Source of the DNA: Azolla caroliniana
Taxonomy: Eukaryota > Plantae > Polypodiophyta
Length of the DNA stretch: 64,000 bases
NCBI GenBank assembly: GCA_043228905.1
Contig: JBHGNT010000018.1
Coordinates: forward strand, 14,198,001-14,262,000
Direction of reading: 5' to 3'
The position numbers were made by a program, and so were the translations under genes. This document shows, piece by piece, positions 14,201-24,922 of this stretch. The notes beneath the pieces were generated by a model. The model searched no databases, had not been told where the DNA came from, and worked only from the letters and a program-made list of their open reading frames with translations. Position 1 is the first letter of the stretch. Each line of letters starts with the position of its first letter.

Positions 14201-17200
14201 CCACAATTGTAGCATTTTCAATTTTCACTTCCGCTTGAATTTGACACCATTAGTGTTGATCGTACCCTTGGAAGTCCGGTAGTATTAGAGAGCAGCTTCA
14301 TTCTACTCTCCTCTTGTATCATAGTCGCAATTGCCTCATCAAGTGTGGGAATTTCAGCCTTGGGGCAAGCATTCTTTAAATGACCAGCTTCACCACAATT
14401 GAGCATTTTCAATTTTCACTTCCGCTTGAATTTGACACCATTAGAGCTGATCGTACCCCTAGAAGTCCGGTAGTGTCAGAGAGCAGCTTCATTCTACTCT
14501 CCTCTTGTATCATAGTTGCAATTGCCTCATCAACTGTGGGAATTTCAGCCTTGGCTAGAAGAACTGCCCTTCTTTGATCAAACAACGGGTTGAGATATTT
14601 CAAAAATTGCATGGTTCTTCTTTGAGCAGAAATTTCCTTGCTCTTACATTGAGGATCATTGCACACTGTCACAAGCGAGAAATGATCGTATTTTGCCCAT
14701 AGACGCTCCAGCTCTATGATCGTATTCTCCCTGCCAAACAGCATCTATCGCTTGCTCGATTTGAAATACTCTCATGCTGTTTCCCCTCCCAGCATACGTC
14801 TTTTGCAATTTCTCCCATATCTCCTTCACACTTAAAATTCCATCAACTATTGTGGTGATTGATAGAATCATGGAGTTGAGAAACCACATGTACAAAGACA
14901 TGTGGGTAGGTCTCCATGTTTTCCATTCATTGCTCGTTATGACAAGAGGTTCTTTCTCTTCTCTCGTTAGGTAGCCGTCAAGGCTTCTCCCTGCCAAGGC
15001 ACCTATAATCCGACGCGACCAGCTCAAGTATGTGGCTGGTTCATCGAGGTTGAACTCAACTGGGAGGAGTTCAAGTCGGGGTGGTGGTTGTGTTCCTGTC
15101 ACACCTCTAGATGCTACAATCTCAGCCTGCTTCATGTATTTCACCAATGTTTTCACCTCATCCTCATTCAATTTTGAGAACACCTCATCCATCTTCTCAA
15201 CTTGACCTATCTTTGCTCTCCTCTTTTGACTTCTTTTCTCAAGTCACCTCTCAATCACATAGCAATGTCATCCCACATGGAAAAAAATCCCCCTTTCCTC
15301 TCTTGGATGCTAGGACAGTGCTGCTCCAATCGCTGTCATACCAGCAGAAGGGTGGATCTAGGGTTTTGCAGAGGGGCGGATCTATGCTCTGATACCATAA
15401 AGAAAAATGAGAAGGCACATCTGTTCAGTAATATACATTGGTATGTCACAACTGGAGGGAGAAAATACAGGGATCACTCCTTTTTACATGAGGAGAAAGT
15501 TCCTCTTTATAAAGGCCAAGATATGGCGGTTGGGCTAACTAGCTGTTGGAAATAACTAGCCATTGGGCTAGCCGTTATAACTTTTAAACATTCCCAACAC
15601 ATGCAAAAGAGTTTGCTTTGGTAATATTGCTGTGACTCTCAAAGTCATCCGTATAGGCTATATGGAATCAAATATGACAAATAGTCCAGCAAACGATTCT
15701 CGCTAGGAAGAATGCCTATATTGTGGAAATTGGTGAAAACCTAACAAAGCAATGCCACATGGAGATAGATGGCCCATGGGCTATAAACGAATTTTCTGTG
15801 AGAAGAAGTAATGACAGTATTTGAGGAGCAAACATCAGCTAACTCTATGACAGCTGCCAAGGTAAGATGGGGGATTCAAGTGTTAGGGTCCTGTTCTAAC
15901 ATTCTCTCCAGTTCTACGTTTATCATCTCTTGGAGGTATCCCTCTCCTATCTAGTTTTTCAGTACCCTATTTGTGCTGGCACAGAATTTAAACCGACCCA
16001 TTAGTTTGGGTAGCACTCATTAAAAACTTCAATTCTATTCACTATTTTTTAAAAGTAATCAAATTGATTTCACAAGTATAGTAGGGAAAAGCAACATGCC
16101 CATGATTCATACACAAAAATCCTCACTTTTGTCAATCTGGATTTTTTAAGAGTTCTGTTGAAATATTTAATTAGTTTATGCTTCGGCACCAACTCAATCA
16201 GGTGTATTAGTTGATTCAACTATCAATATGACATGGAATACCAATAGAAACCCAGAATGTTTCCCTCCTAAATTTGGCATTCCTAGAAGACAGATATGCA
16301 CGCACACCTCCGAAACAAAAGCATCTGCCAATTGTGCCGTCAAGGAGTGGAATCGGAAGAACCTTAGATTTGCCATTGTACTATTCTTTATATAAATAGA
16401 GGGAGAAACTATTGCCTCTTTAACCAAAAATTTGGCACACTATGCAAGGTTATCGAATATGAGGACCAACAACGCTTGGGACTGTTCTTGCTAGAGCTCA
16501 AGAGACACAGGGAGAAGTTGTGGAATGATAACAATACACCACACAAGCTCATCAACAAAAAACTATCACAACTTTCTTTAGCCCCAACAATCCTACACAT
16601 GCTACAAGTCAATCAAAGGCTATACATGTGGGGTCCTAACCAAGACACTACAAAGGGGTTATATGTAATAGATCAGGCAATTGCAATTTGTCATGCTCAT
16701 AGACCTGGCCCTATGAGCCACAATCTCCCCACCCTTGATATGAATAGACAAAGGCCACTAACTCCCACTATCATAAGTGTTTCCCTCACTTTGGCAATTT
16801 CTCCATTCTAGATTGGCCCATGTTGGAGATGTTTCAAAGACAAATGATTGTAAAGAATCTAGCTCTAGTAGAGTTTAGTATTCAAAAGCGTAGTGTGTGT
16901 GAGAGAGAGAGAGAGTGAATGTATAAGCAAGAGAAGGAATTACAGAGAATAACCAGAAAAATAAGAAAACACACAATAGGGGAATGACAGCTTATGCACT
17001 TAAGAGGAGCTATATTAATTATCTAAAGATCATCAACGAAACTAAATGGCCAAAGGGGGTTTTATATAAGTCCTCAAGGGACTGCCCTATTAAATGTGTT
17101 GGTGGAATCTAACCAAGATATCCACTTGAGTACGATTTTGTCATAAGAATATCTAATATTCTTTGACCACACTAACACTCGACAACTACACAGATTACAA

Positions 17201-20200
17201 TAAAGTGTGCTCACACACTTTTTCACACATCGTCCTTTTCTTCATAAGCACATGTTCACACAAGTTGAGCTTGATTCTCAACACGCCCCCTCAAGGTCAA
17301 TTGTGTGTCCTCTTAAGCTTGGTTGTCTTGGTGTAGTTGATGACCCGATTGCAGTTGGTTGGACAACTAGACCGTGGTTTTCCCATTGTTCCTATGTACT
17401 CGTTCTTGATCTAGCAATGTCGATCTTGCCAATCCAAAATTTCGAACTTGTCAAGGGTGCCTATAGGGTCGGGTTTATCTCTAACTTCAAAAATTCCAGG
17501 CTTTGGAAAGTCTTCCTCTAACTTGCCGGGTCAAGTCGGGTTAGATGTGCCGGTCTTACTTTGTCAATGCCGATCACACTCTTCCTCTTGTATGGTGCTG
17601 ATTCTCCATGGTTTCCTTTGTCTTTGTACTTGTACTCTCCCCCAAGCTCATCATATTGAGTGCTCTAAGGCCTAGATCCACTGAGAATTGTTGTAGCTTG
17701 TCGAGACCTAGTGCCTTAGTGAAAATATCAGCCACTTGCATGTTGGTGCCAATGTATTGGAGGTCAATGTCACCGGCCAGTATGCGCTCACGGATGTAAT
17801 GATAGTGCACCTCTATGTGCTTAGTCCGGGCATGAAACACCGGATTCTTTGCAAGCTGGATGCTGCTAAGATTATCGCAGTGGATCAATATTGTCTCGTT
17901 CACCAATTCGTTGAAGTCTTTCAGCAGTCTTTTAAGCCATACAACTTCGCAAGCAGCTATAGTTGCAGCCCTATACTCCGCCTCAGTGCTCGATAGAGCG
18001 ACTGTTGGTTGTTTCTTGATGCTCCAAGAGATTGCTCCACTACCGAGTGAAAACATAAATCCTGAAGTGGATCTCCTATCAGATGCATTGCCTGCCCAAT
18101 CAGCATCCATGAAGCCTTCGAGTTGAAGTGGTGCTCACCGGTCTCCACCACGCCAAGTCTCTTGGGTTCCCTCAAATTCATGAACCATTCTTGATGACTT
18201 GTCATGTGATTTGAGGCACCTGAGTCCACGAACCATACATCATCAGATTGGGAAACACTTCTTATCATGCTATTCGCTCGGTGTCGCATAACAAACATCG
18301 GCCCTTTGTTTTCTAGGTCAGCCATCACAGCATAGTTTGTTTGCTGCCAGGGTGAGGCAGCTGAGTCATTCTTCTTCTTCCGACACTCGGCTTCAAAGTG
18401 GCCAGGCTTTCCACAATACCAGCACTCAGTTTGCTGGTTCTGCCTGGTTGATGCAGGCTGCTGGAAGCTCCCCTTTTTGCCGGAATTCCCTCGGCTGTTT
18501 CGACCTTCTTGCTGCCTGGAATTAAACTGTTGTGGACGTCATCCACCTCTTCCTCGGCTATTCCTCCCCCGATTTCCACGACCATGATCGTGACCTCGAC
18601 CGAGATCATCATGTGCATATAGCATCTGCCCATCAGATGTTGTGCTTTTCGACCGTGTATGGTTCTCCTCAACCATTAGCATGGATTGCAAGTCGAAAAA
18701 GCTTGGGGGCTTCTCTCTTGTTGTTATGGCAGTTCGAAATGAGCCATACTTTTGTGCACGGCCGCCATCTCGTCATCATCAACTGCGACATTGATGGAGC
18801 CAAGGGAATCGCATAAGTCTTTGATCCAAAGGGTATAATCCGCCACGGACATATCCCCCTGCTGAATATTGTTCAACTCCTGCCGGAGTTGAAGTTTTCT
18901 GGCTGTGGTTGAAGCCGCAAAAATCTTCTTCAAGTTTTTCCACGCTTCTGTTGGGGCTTTCGCATCACGAATATAGCTTAACATGTGATCTTGCACACAT
19001 GTTGCCAAACAATACATCACCCTACTGGCCCCTTGTTGCTATGTGGGGTAGTTGGGATTTATAATATCGGGGGCTGTTTCTTGAGCTCCCTCAATATAAC
19101 TCCAATACCCTTGCCCCACTAGGTATTGTTGCATCTTATATTCCCAAGATGCGTAGTTGTGCCTATCCAACTTCTCTATTGGAAGTGCGCTACCCATCTG
19201 TGCATTCATTTTCTGATTTAGCTTGATTCGTATGATCTTGTTAACGTGAGCCTCTTGCTATGCAACACTACAACGATGATAGTAGATTTTAAACAACGTC
19301 TCTAGCTGCTCACACAATTTCAATGGTAGAGCTCAGTGAAGGATCTCTAACCCTCACGCTCTGATACCATGTAAAGAATCTAGCTCTAGTGGAGTTTAGT
19401 ATTCAAAAGCGTAGTGTGTGTGTGAGAGAGAGAGTGAATGTATAAGCAAGAAAGAAAGAAAGAAAGAAAGATATATTAACATCTTTTAAGAGGCCAAAAT
19501 GGCCTATAAGACCAAATAAGAGATTACATCTTAAGTGTTGTCTCGTCTTTGAGAACAAATCAAAATAAAATAAATATTACACAATAAATAACATGAAAAG
19601 AAGAGAAGGAATTACAAAGAATAATCAGAAAAATAAGAAAACACACAATAGGGGAATGACAGCTTATGCACTTAAGAGAGCTATATTAATTATCTAAAGA
19701 TCATCGACTAAACTAAATGGCCAAAGGGGGTTTTATATACAAGTCCTCAAGGGACTGCCCTATTAAATGTGTTGGTGGAATCTAACCAAGATATCCACTT
19801 GAGTACGATTTTGTCATAAGAATATCTAATATTCTTTGACCACACTAGCACTCGACAACTACACGGATTACAATTAAGTGTGCTCACACACTTTTTCACA
19901 CATCATCCTTTTCTTCATAAGCACATGTTCACACAAGTTGAGCTTGATTCTCAACAATGATAATCTATCTTAATTGAAAATCTTGCATGTATGAATAACA
20001 AGATTCTTTATGTTGGAGGGTGGCAGATTCAAACCTGCACTCTCTTTCATCTTTATTATCTCTGTACTACATTCTCTCTCTTCCCAAATTCTTCTCTCTA
20101 AAATCTGCAACTCTTTAAATGCCTTCTCTCTCTAGAATCTGTGACGCTTTAAATGCTCAAGAATATGTATACTCATGAAGTTCAGCATCGGAGAGATGAG

Positions 20201-23200
20201 AATCACGAACGGTGGCTTGAAGCCACTTGGGAAGTAGTGGAAGCTGGTTTGTAGAGGGAGGGGAAACAAGTGGAATTGAGGGAGAGGATTGAATTGTTGG
20301 CGAAGTTAGAGATTGAGTAGGAGGAGATGGGGGACTTGAAGATGAGACATCTTCGTCTAAAATAGGAGATTCCGGAGGAGCTGGGATTTCAACCATGAAC
20401 TCAGGTGAAATCCTAGAATCATCAGGCTGAGACTCCACAAAATGAGCATCCCTAGAGATGACTAAGGACTTTGACTCTAAATCCCATAACCTGTATGCTT
20501 TAGATTGTGTGTTGTACACAAGAAATTTGCATTTCTTGGTTTTGGACTCAAATTTAGTCCTTTTATGATCTAAAATGTGAACATAAGCATCACAACCAAA
20601 GACTTTAAAATGAGATACTAAGCGCTTTACACCTTAAATGCTTCTGGAGGCATCATTCCAGCAACTGCTTTTGTTGGGCAGCAATTGATGAGATTGTTGT
20701 GTTGACAGCTTCAGCTCAAAACAAGCGAGGAAGATCAGATTGAGATAGCATCGTACGAGCCATCTCTTGGACTGTCCGGTTCTTCCTTTCCACAACTCCA
20801 TTTTGTTGAGGAATATTGGGTGTAGAAAATTGGCGAGCAATGCCTCGTTGAGAGCAGAAATTGTGGAAAGCTTGGGAGATAAACTCTCCACCATTGTCCA
20901 ACCTGATCTTTCAAACTTTCTTCGATGTCTCGTTCTCCACGAGAGCTACCCATTCTTGAAATTTTGTGAAGGGTTGAGATTTTTCTACGAGAAAATAAAT
21001 CCAAACCTTGTAGGAGAAATCATCAATGATGAGCATGAAGTAGCGTGCACCACCAAGAGTAGTGGTTTTCATGGGACCACAAAGATCCATGTGCACTAAC
21101 TCCAAGATAGATGTTGCACAGTGAGTGGTTTCATGAGGGAAAGGCTCTCAATGTTGCTTGCCATGAAGACAAGCAACACATGGGGTATTGGGAGTTTTGA
21201 AAATAGGAAGATCCTCAACTAGTTGGGAAGAAGAGAGCTTTTGAAGAGAATCATAGTTGAGATGACCAAACCTAGCATGCCACAACGTGGGATCTTCTTG
21301 TGCCACCAACACATGAGAGCCTTGAAGAAGATGAAGAAGATGAGATTTGGACTTCTCCAAGGGGCTATGGGAACTTTTCATGCGGTATAAACCCCCTTCT
21401 TGCATGCCACTAGCTACAATTTGTAGGTTGTTGGTGTCAATGACTTCCAAAACTGAGCTATCAAAGTAGACTCCATAACCTTGCTTAGTGATTTGGTAAA
21501 CTGAAAGTAGGTTGGCAGAGATGCGAGGCACATGTAGCAAATCTTGAAGAATAACAGGTTCTTCATTTGAAGAATTGTTAAGAAACACATTACCCACACA
21601 TGAAGCCTCAATGCTTGAGGCATCTCCTATGGAGATTTGGGAGGAGCTAGGTTTCACATCATGCAAAATGGATTTGTCATAGGTCATGTGTGAAGTAGCA
21701 CCACTATCTACTAACCACTCATCAATGGTTGAGGTAGTTGGTCCAGCCAAATGTGAAGTATGTTCCTCAATGCCAAGGAAAACCGTTTCTTTGGCTGAGT
21801 GGGCTGAGTGGGCCGAGTTGGATTTCAATGTAGGTTGATTTTCGGTAGAAGAAGAGTTCTTAGAGTTGTCCCTTTTCTTTTTCCGATAATCCGGCTGAAT
21901 GTGACCTTTGTAGCCACAATAATGACAAGTGAGCTCCTTGTAGGTTGGGTTGTTTGGTGGTCTTGGATTGGGTTTGTTGTAGGAGTTACCATTTTGCTTC
22001 CACTTGCCTTTACTTGTCGCATGTAGAAGTGTCTCATTGGAAGTTTGAGCACTTTTCTTCCTTGTTGCCCTATCTTGTAGCATACCAAGAAATGTATTCA
22101 TATCAGGTGTGTTGGGAAGAAGAGAAATTGTGTCAGAAAATGCTGAGAATGACTCAGGCAACTAAATCATTAGACGATGCACAAACTCAACTTCAGTTGA
22201 CTTGCTTCCCAAAGAAACTAGTTCCTTTTGGAGAGTAACAAATTGTGTTATTTGATCCATGATGTTGGGAGTGTCATGAATCTTGAGATTTGCTAGTTGG
22301 CTCTCAATAGCTATCATTTGAGCATGATTAGCTCGATGATACCTCTTTTTGATGGTTGTCCATAGTTCATTGGCTGTCTCTTCATCTCTATCTTGAAATT
22401 GACGAGCGATGCTCGGTTTAATATTAAACATGAGGAAAGCATGAGCATAAGAATCCTTATCTAGCCAAGCTTCAATCTCAGCGTTAGATGAGCCAGCAAC
22501 TGATTTGGTTGAAGAGGATGAATTTATTGGTGGTTTCTTGTCACTACCATTGACTACATTCCATAAACGATGGCATTGTAGCAAGGTCTTTATTTGTAGC
22601 TCCCAATCCAAGTAATTGTTCCCATCCAAGATGGACTCTTTGGGGAGTTGGGGAATAGTTGATGAAACAATGGTGGCATGTGAGGCCATAGATATCCTCC
22701 TCTTGAGCTACAACTAGACAATTTACAATAATTGTAAGTAGATGCTCAAGGTCTTTCTACTTCTCCCTAGATGCTAGGAGAGGCTCAGATGAGGGGAAAA
22801 GAAAAAAAAGAACCTCCTCTGTAGGTTGGGAGGGTGGCTGCTAAGCGAACCTCCTCTATAGGGTTAGGAGGGAGGGATAAAAGAAAATAGGTTTGTGTGC
22901 TCTTTGGCAAAAAAAATCAGGCTGAGGATATGGAGACCTCACTGCTCTGATACCATGTGAGAAAAGCTGTTAATAGCAGCAGCAGAAGAGTTAGAACAAA
23001 ATAGACACAGCCAAGCTGTGAGAAGGCTATTAGACAACAGTAGAAAAGATGGTTGCAAAGAGTAGAGACACAACCAAAGAGTTGTGCTTGTTTGTAAGTA
23101 GCAGCAGAAAATAATGTTATTACAAAAGAGGCTGGTATAAGCCTATTTATACAAAATTGGGAATGGTTGTTTGGTAGTTAAGAGACTCTTGTACTACCAA

Positions 23201-24701
23201 AAAGGTACAATAAACTAGGAATAAAAAGGGAATATCTTGGAAAAAGTCGAAGAGACAAAAGGCATTTAAAAGCATTGCAAATTCTAGAGAGAGAAGGCAT
23301 TTAAAGAGTTGCAGATTCTAGAGAGAGAAGAATTTGGGAAGAGAGAGAATGTAGTACAGAGATAATAAAGATGAAAGAGAGTGCAGGTCTGGAGCTGCCA
23401 CCCTCCAATATATGAATCCCCATTCATAGCCCTTCTTGAAATAATAGCAAGAACTCCTCACAAGAAGTGGGGGATTCTGCACTTAATGTTCAAGAGAAAT
23501 GTGTGCATACATCTCTCTACTCACTCTTTCTCAACTTCACCAACTTGGCACCAGCCATCTGAGCTTGAAGGTGCTTTATATGTGTCATAAACACCTCCAC
23601 TTTCTCTTCTTCCACCATCAGCTCAGGGCCTAGCACCAAGTTTTGGATTCTAGTCTCATTCCACGCAGCATACACATTTGGCAAAATTCTCTAGACATAC
23701 ACTACCTTTGACATTTGTTGAATGAACATCAGTACCAAATTTTCTATGCTTATAATGATTGCATACCTGGCGTTCCCATTTCACCTTCTCCATGCCCTCA
23801 CATCCATTGTGGTTTGGAGGGATCAGGACCATTGAATCTACATCCACCACTGAATGTAGATCCATTCCAAGCATGATGTCTAGAAGCTTATTGAAATCCA
23901 AACATGATGGTCATATTGAGCTTCCAGAATATGTCTCTCGTTTTTGGAGGTTGCCCTCCGAAACCACTAGCAATAATGATCTCTATTTGCCAATGAATTC
24001 CCTCACACTATCACTTATTAGTGTCATTTGCGGCACTTGACCGGCATCAACTTGAAAGTTGAAGTAAATATATTAAACCTTTGGTTTGAGTTGCATGACG
24101 TTGCAAAAGAAGGACATCGGACCATTTGCTTGAGCAGCATTAACTTAAAATGAAGGCATTTATCTTTTGTTTTCTGAAGCATTAACTTGGAAATAAAGAC
24201 ATTGAAAGACACACAACACGCAATCATGTCCTCCTGGATCCTTTCTTGAACGTTGAGAAATATCATTTGCGAATTGTTCAAGAGAAATGCTGTTTTCCAG
24301 ATTCCTCATGAGAACTATCTCTTTTTTTCAAGGGAAAGATCTTTTTTTTCAGACTGTTTGAGAGAGAGAGAGAGAGAGAGAGATCATTTTTCGGATTCTT
24401 AAAGACAAAGTAACTTTTCGGAATCATGGAGAGAAGAAGAAGAAGAAGGTTTGGGAGACTCCCCGAGAAAGAGGAATATAAGAAAATAGAGAGGGAGAGA
24501 TGGATGGAGGGCAGATCTTACCTTGGAGGAGTCGGGGAGGAGGAGTTGTTGTTTCCGATGTGGGGAGAGGTGAAGGAAGCGTTTGGCGAGATGAGGCGGC
24601 GAAGAAGAAGAAGAAGAGGGAGGGGAAGGAGAAGCAGAAGGAGAGAAGGGGTGGTGATGCGTGAGGAGGTGTGCAGCCCGCCATATCCAGCCGGCGGCCA
24701 T
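2269..24701 (-). CDS. OEX1: Organellar 5'-3' exonuclease / flap endonuclease (Pol I 5'-nuclease family, OEX1-like), 14 exons, 399 aa
   Basis: Exons read by hand, all GT-AG and phase-consistent: 24522-24701, 8963-9110, 8748-8827, 7694-7732, 7572-7590, 7048-7175, 6912-6980, 5378-5463, 4961-5070, 4620-4670, 4426-4484, 3698-3742, 2459-2533, 2269-2379 (1200 nt including TGA). Motifs: LILIDGKAVVYRAYYK, VVFDHEG, FRHTLYSSYK, PGVEADDVIGTL, STDKDFFQL, H3TH GDRIDNIPGVSGIGEKTAVKLI, LRTDLP. Exon 1 is a Ser/Pro/His-rich transit-peptide-like segment; its link across the 15.4-kb intron is inferred from phase and donor AAG|GTAAG. The symbol rests on recalled similarity to Arabidopsis OEX1. Confidence 0.88.
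8160..8320 (+). mobile_element. Truncated LINE 3' end (same family as 19451-19603 and 57640-58794) in OEX1 intron 3
   Basis: TTTGTTCTCAAAGATGAGACAAC...GGCCATTTTGG...TTAATATATCTTTCTTT closely matches the reverse complement of 19451-19600 and shares the terminus at 58741-58794. The 5' boundary is uncertain. Confidence 0.7.
10579..15192 (-). pseudogene. Copia gag-pol (gag, protease, integrase, RT, RNase H), frameshifted
   Basis: ORF pieces in Copia order: gag (LDEPATYLSWSRR), protease (WIIDFGASRHVT), integrase (HSDVW...PEQNGVVERK), RT (SLYGLKQSPRAW, YVDDIII), RNase H (CDNKSAI...HDRTKHIEID). Confidence 0.93.
14171..14552. repeat. ~190-bp tandem duplication inside Copia gag
   Basis: GGCAAGCATTCT.TAAATGACCAGCTTCACCAC...GGGAATTTCAGCCTTGG occurs twice; the ORF track shows EAIATMIQEESRMKLL twice. 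Confidence 0.9.
16849..19956 (-). mobile_element. Internally deleted (non-autonomous) Copia element
   Basis: LTRs at 16849-17283 and 19370-19956 (TG..CA), TSD ATGAT, PBS TGGTATCAGAGC (19358-19369), PPT GGGGGCG. Gag starts near 19209, and the protease motif WFVDSGASNHMT is joined directly (~18144) to RNase H (DADWAG...STSG); integrase and RT are missing. Confidence 0.93.
19451..19603 (-). mobile_element. LINE 3'-end fragment with (CTTT)n tail inserted in the Copia 5' LTR
   Basis: About 153 bp present in one LTR only. On the minus strand it ends GGCCATTTTGGCC...TTAATATATC(TTTC)n, like 58741-58794. Confidence 0.8.
20011..23410 (-). mobile_element. 3'-truncated Copia (5' LTR, gag-protease-integrase) bounded on the left by an inverted LTR fragment
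   Basis: 5' LTR 22956-23410, PBS 22944-22955. Gag 22162-22689 and 21148-22161 (CHYCGYKGH knuckle, WLVDSGATSHM, WHARFGHLN), integrase pieces ~20157-21105. Segment 20011-20156 (+) is a ~90% inverted copy of 23262-23410. No RT or RNase H and no TSD. Confidence 0.88.
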
Positions 24702-24922
24702 GAGCTCTGCCTCTTGCCTCTGCTGCAAGCAAGCAGAGAGAGAGAGAGAGAGAGAGAGTGGGGGTTCAAATTTTCAAATTCTGAAGCTCTCTCCTGCATC
24801 AGGCACATGGAGAGATGTTCATTGTTGCTAATGCACCAAATTATGGTGAAGAAAACAAAGACTTTCAATAGTCTTTGACATATATACATATATGTAGATA
24901 GATAGATAGATATATATGTATG

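Larger units (their letters stand above)
10370..15599 (-). mobile_element. Ty1/Copia LTR retrotransposon (Ale-like), full length, degenerate
   Basis: 202-bp LTRs at 10370-10571 and 15398-15599 (about 5 differences), TSD CATGC (10365-10369 / 15600-15604), PBS TGGTATCAGAGC (15386-15397), PPT GAGGGGGAG. Confidence 0.95.

Noticed and set aside
16430-16848. PPT-like tract plus TG at 16722 (minus strand), suggesting an older LTR element possibly continuing at 23411-24300
   Set aside because: No partner LTR, TSD or clear domain found; too degenerate to call.
22159-22164. In-frame TAG between two Copia ORFs as programmed read-through
   Set aside because: It falls inside gag rather than at a gag/pol boundary, in an element with other lesions; more likely a nonsense mutation.
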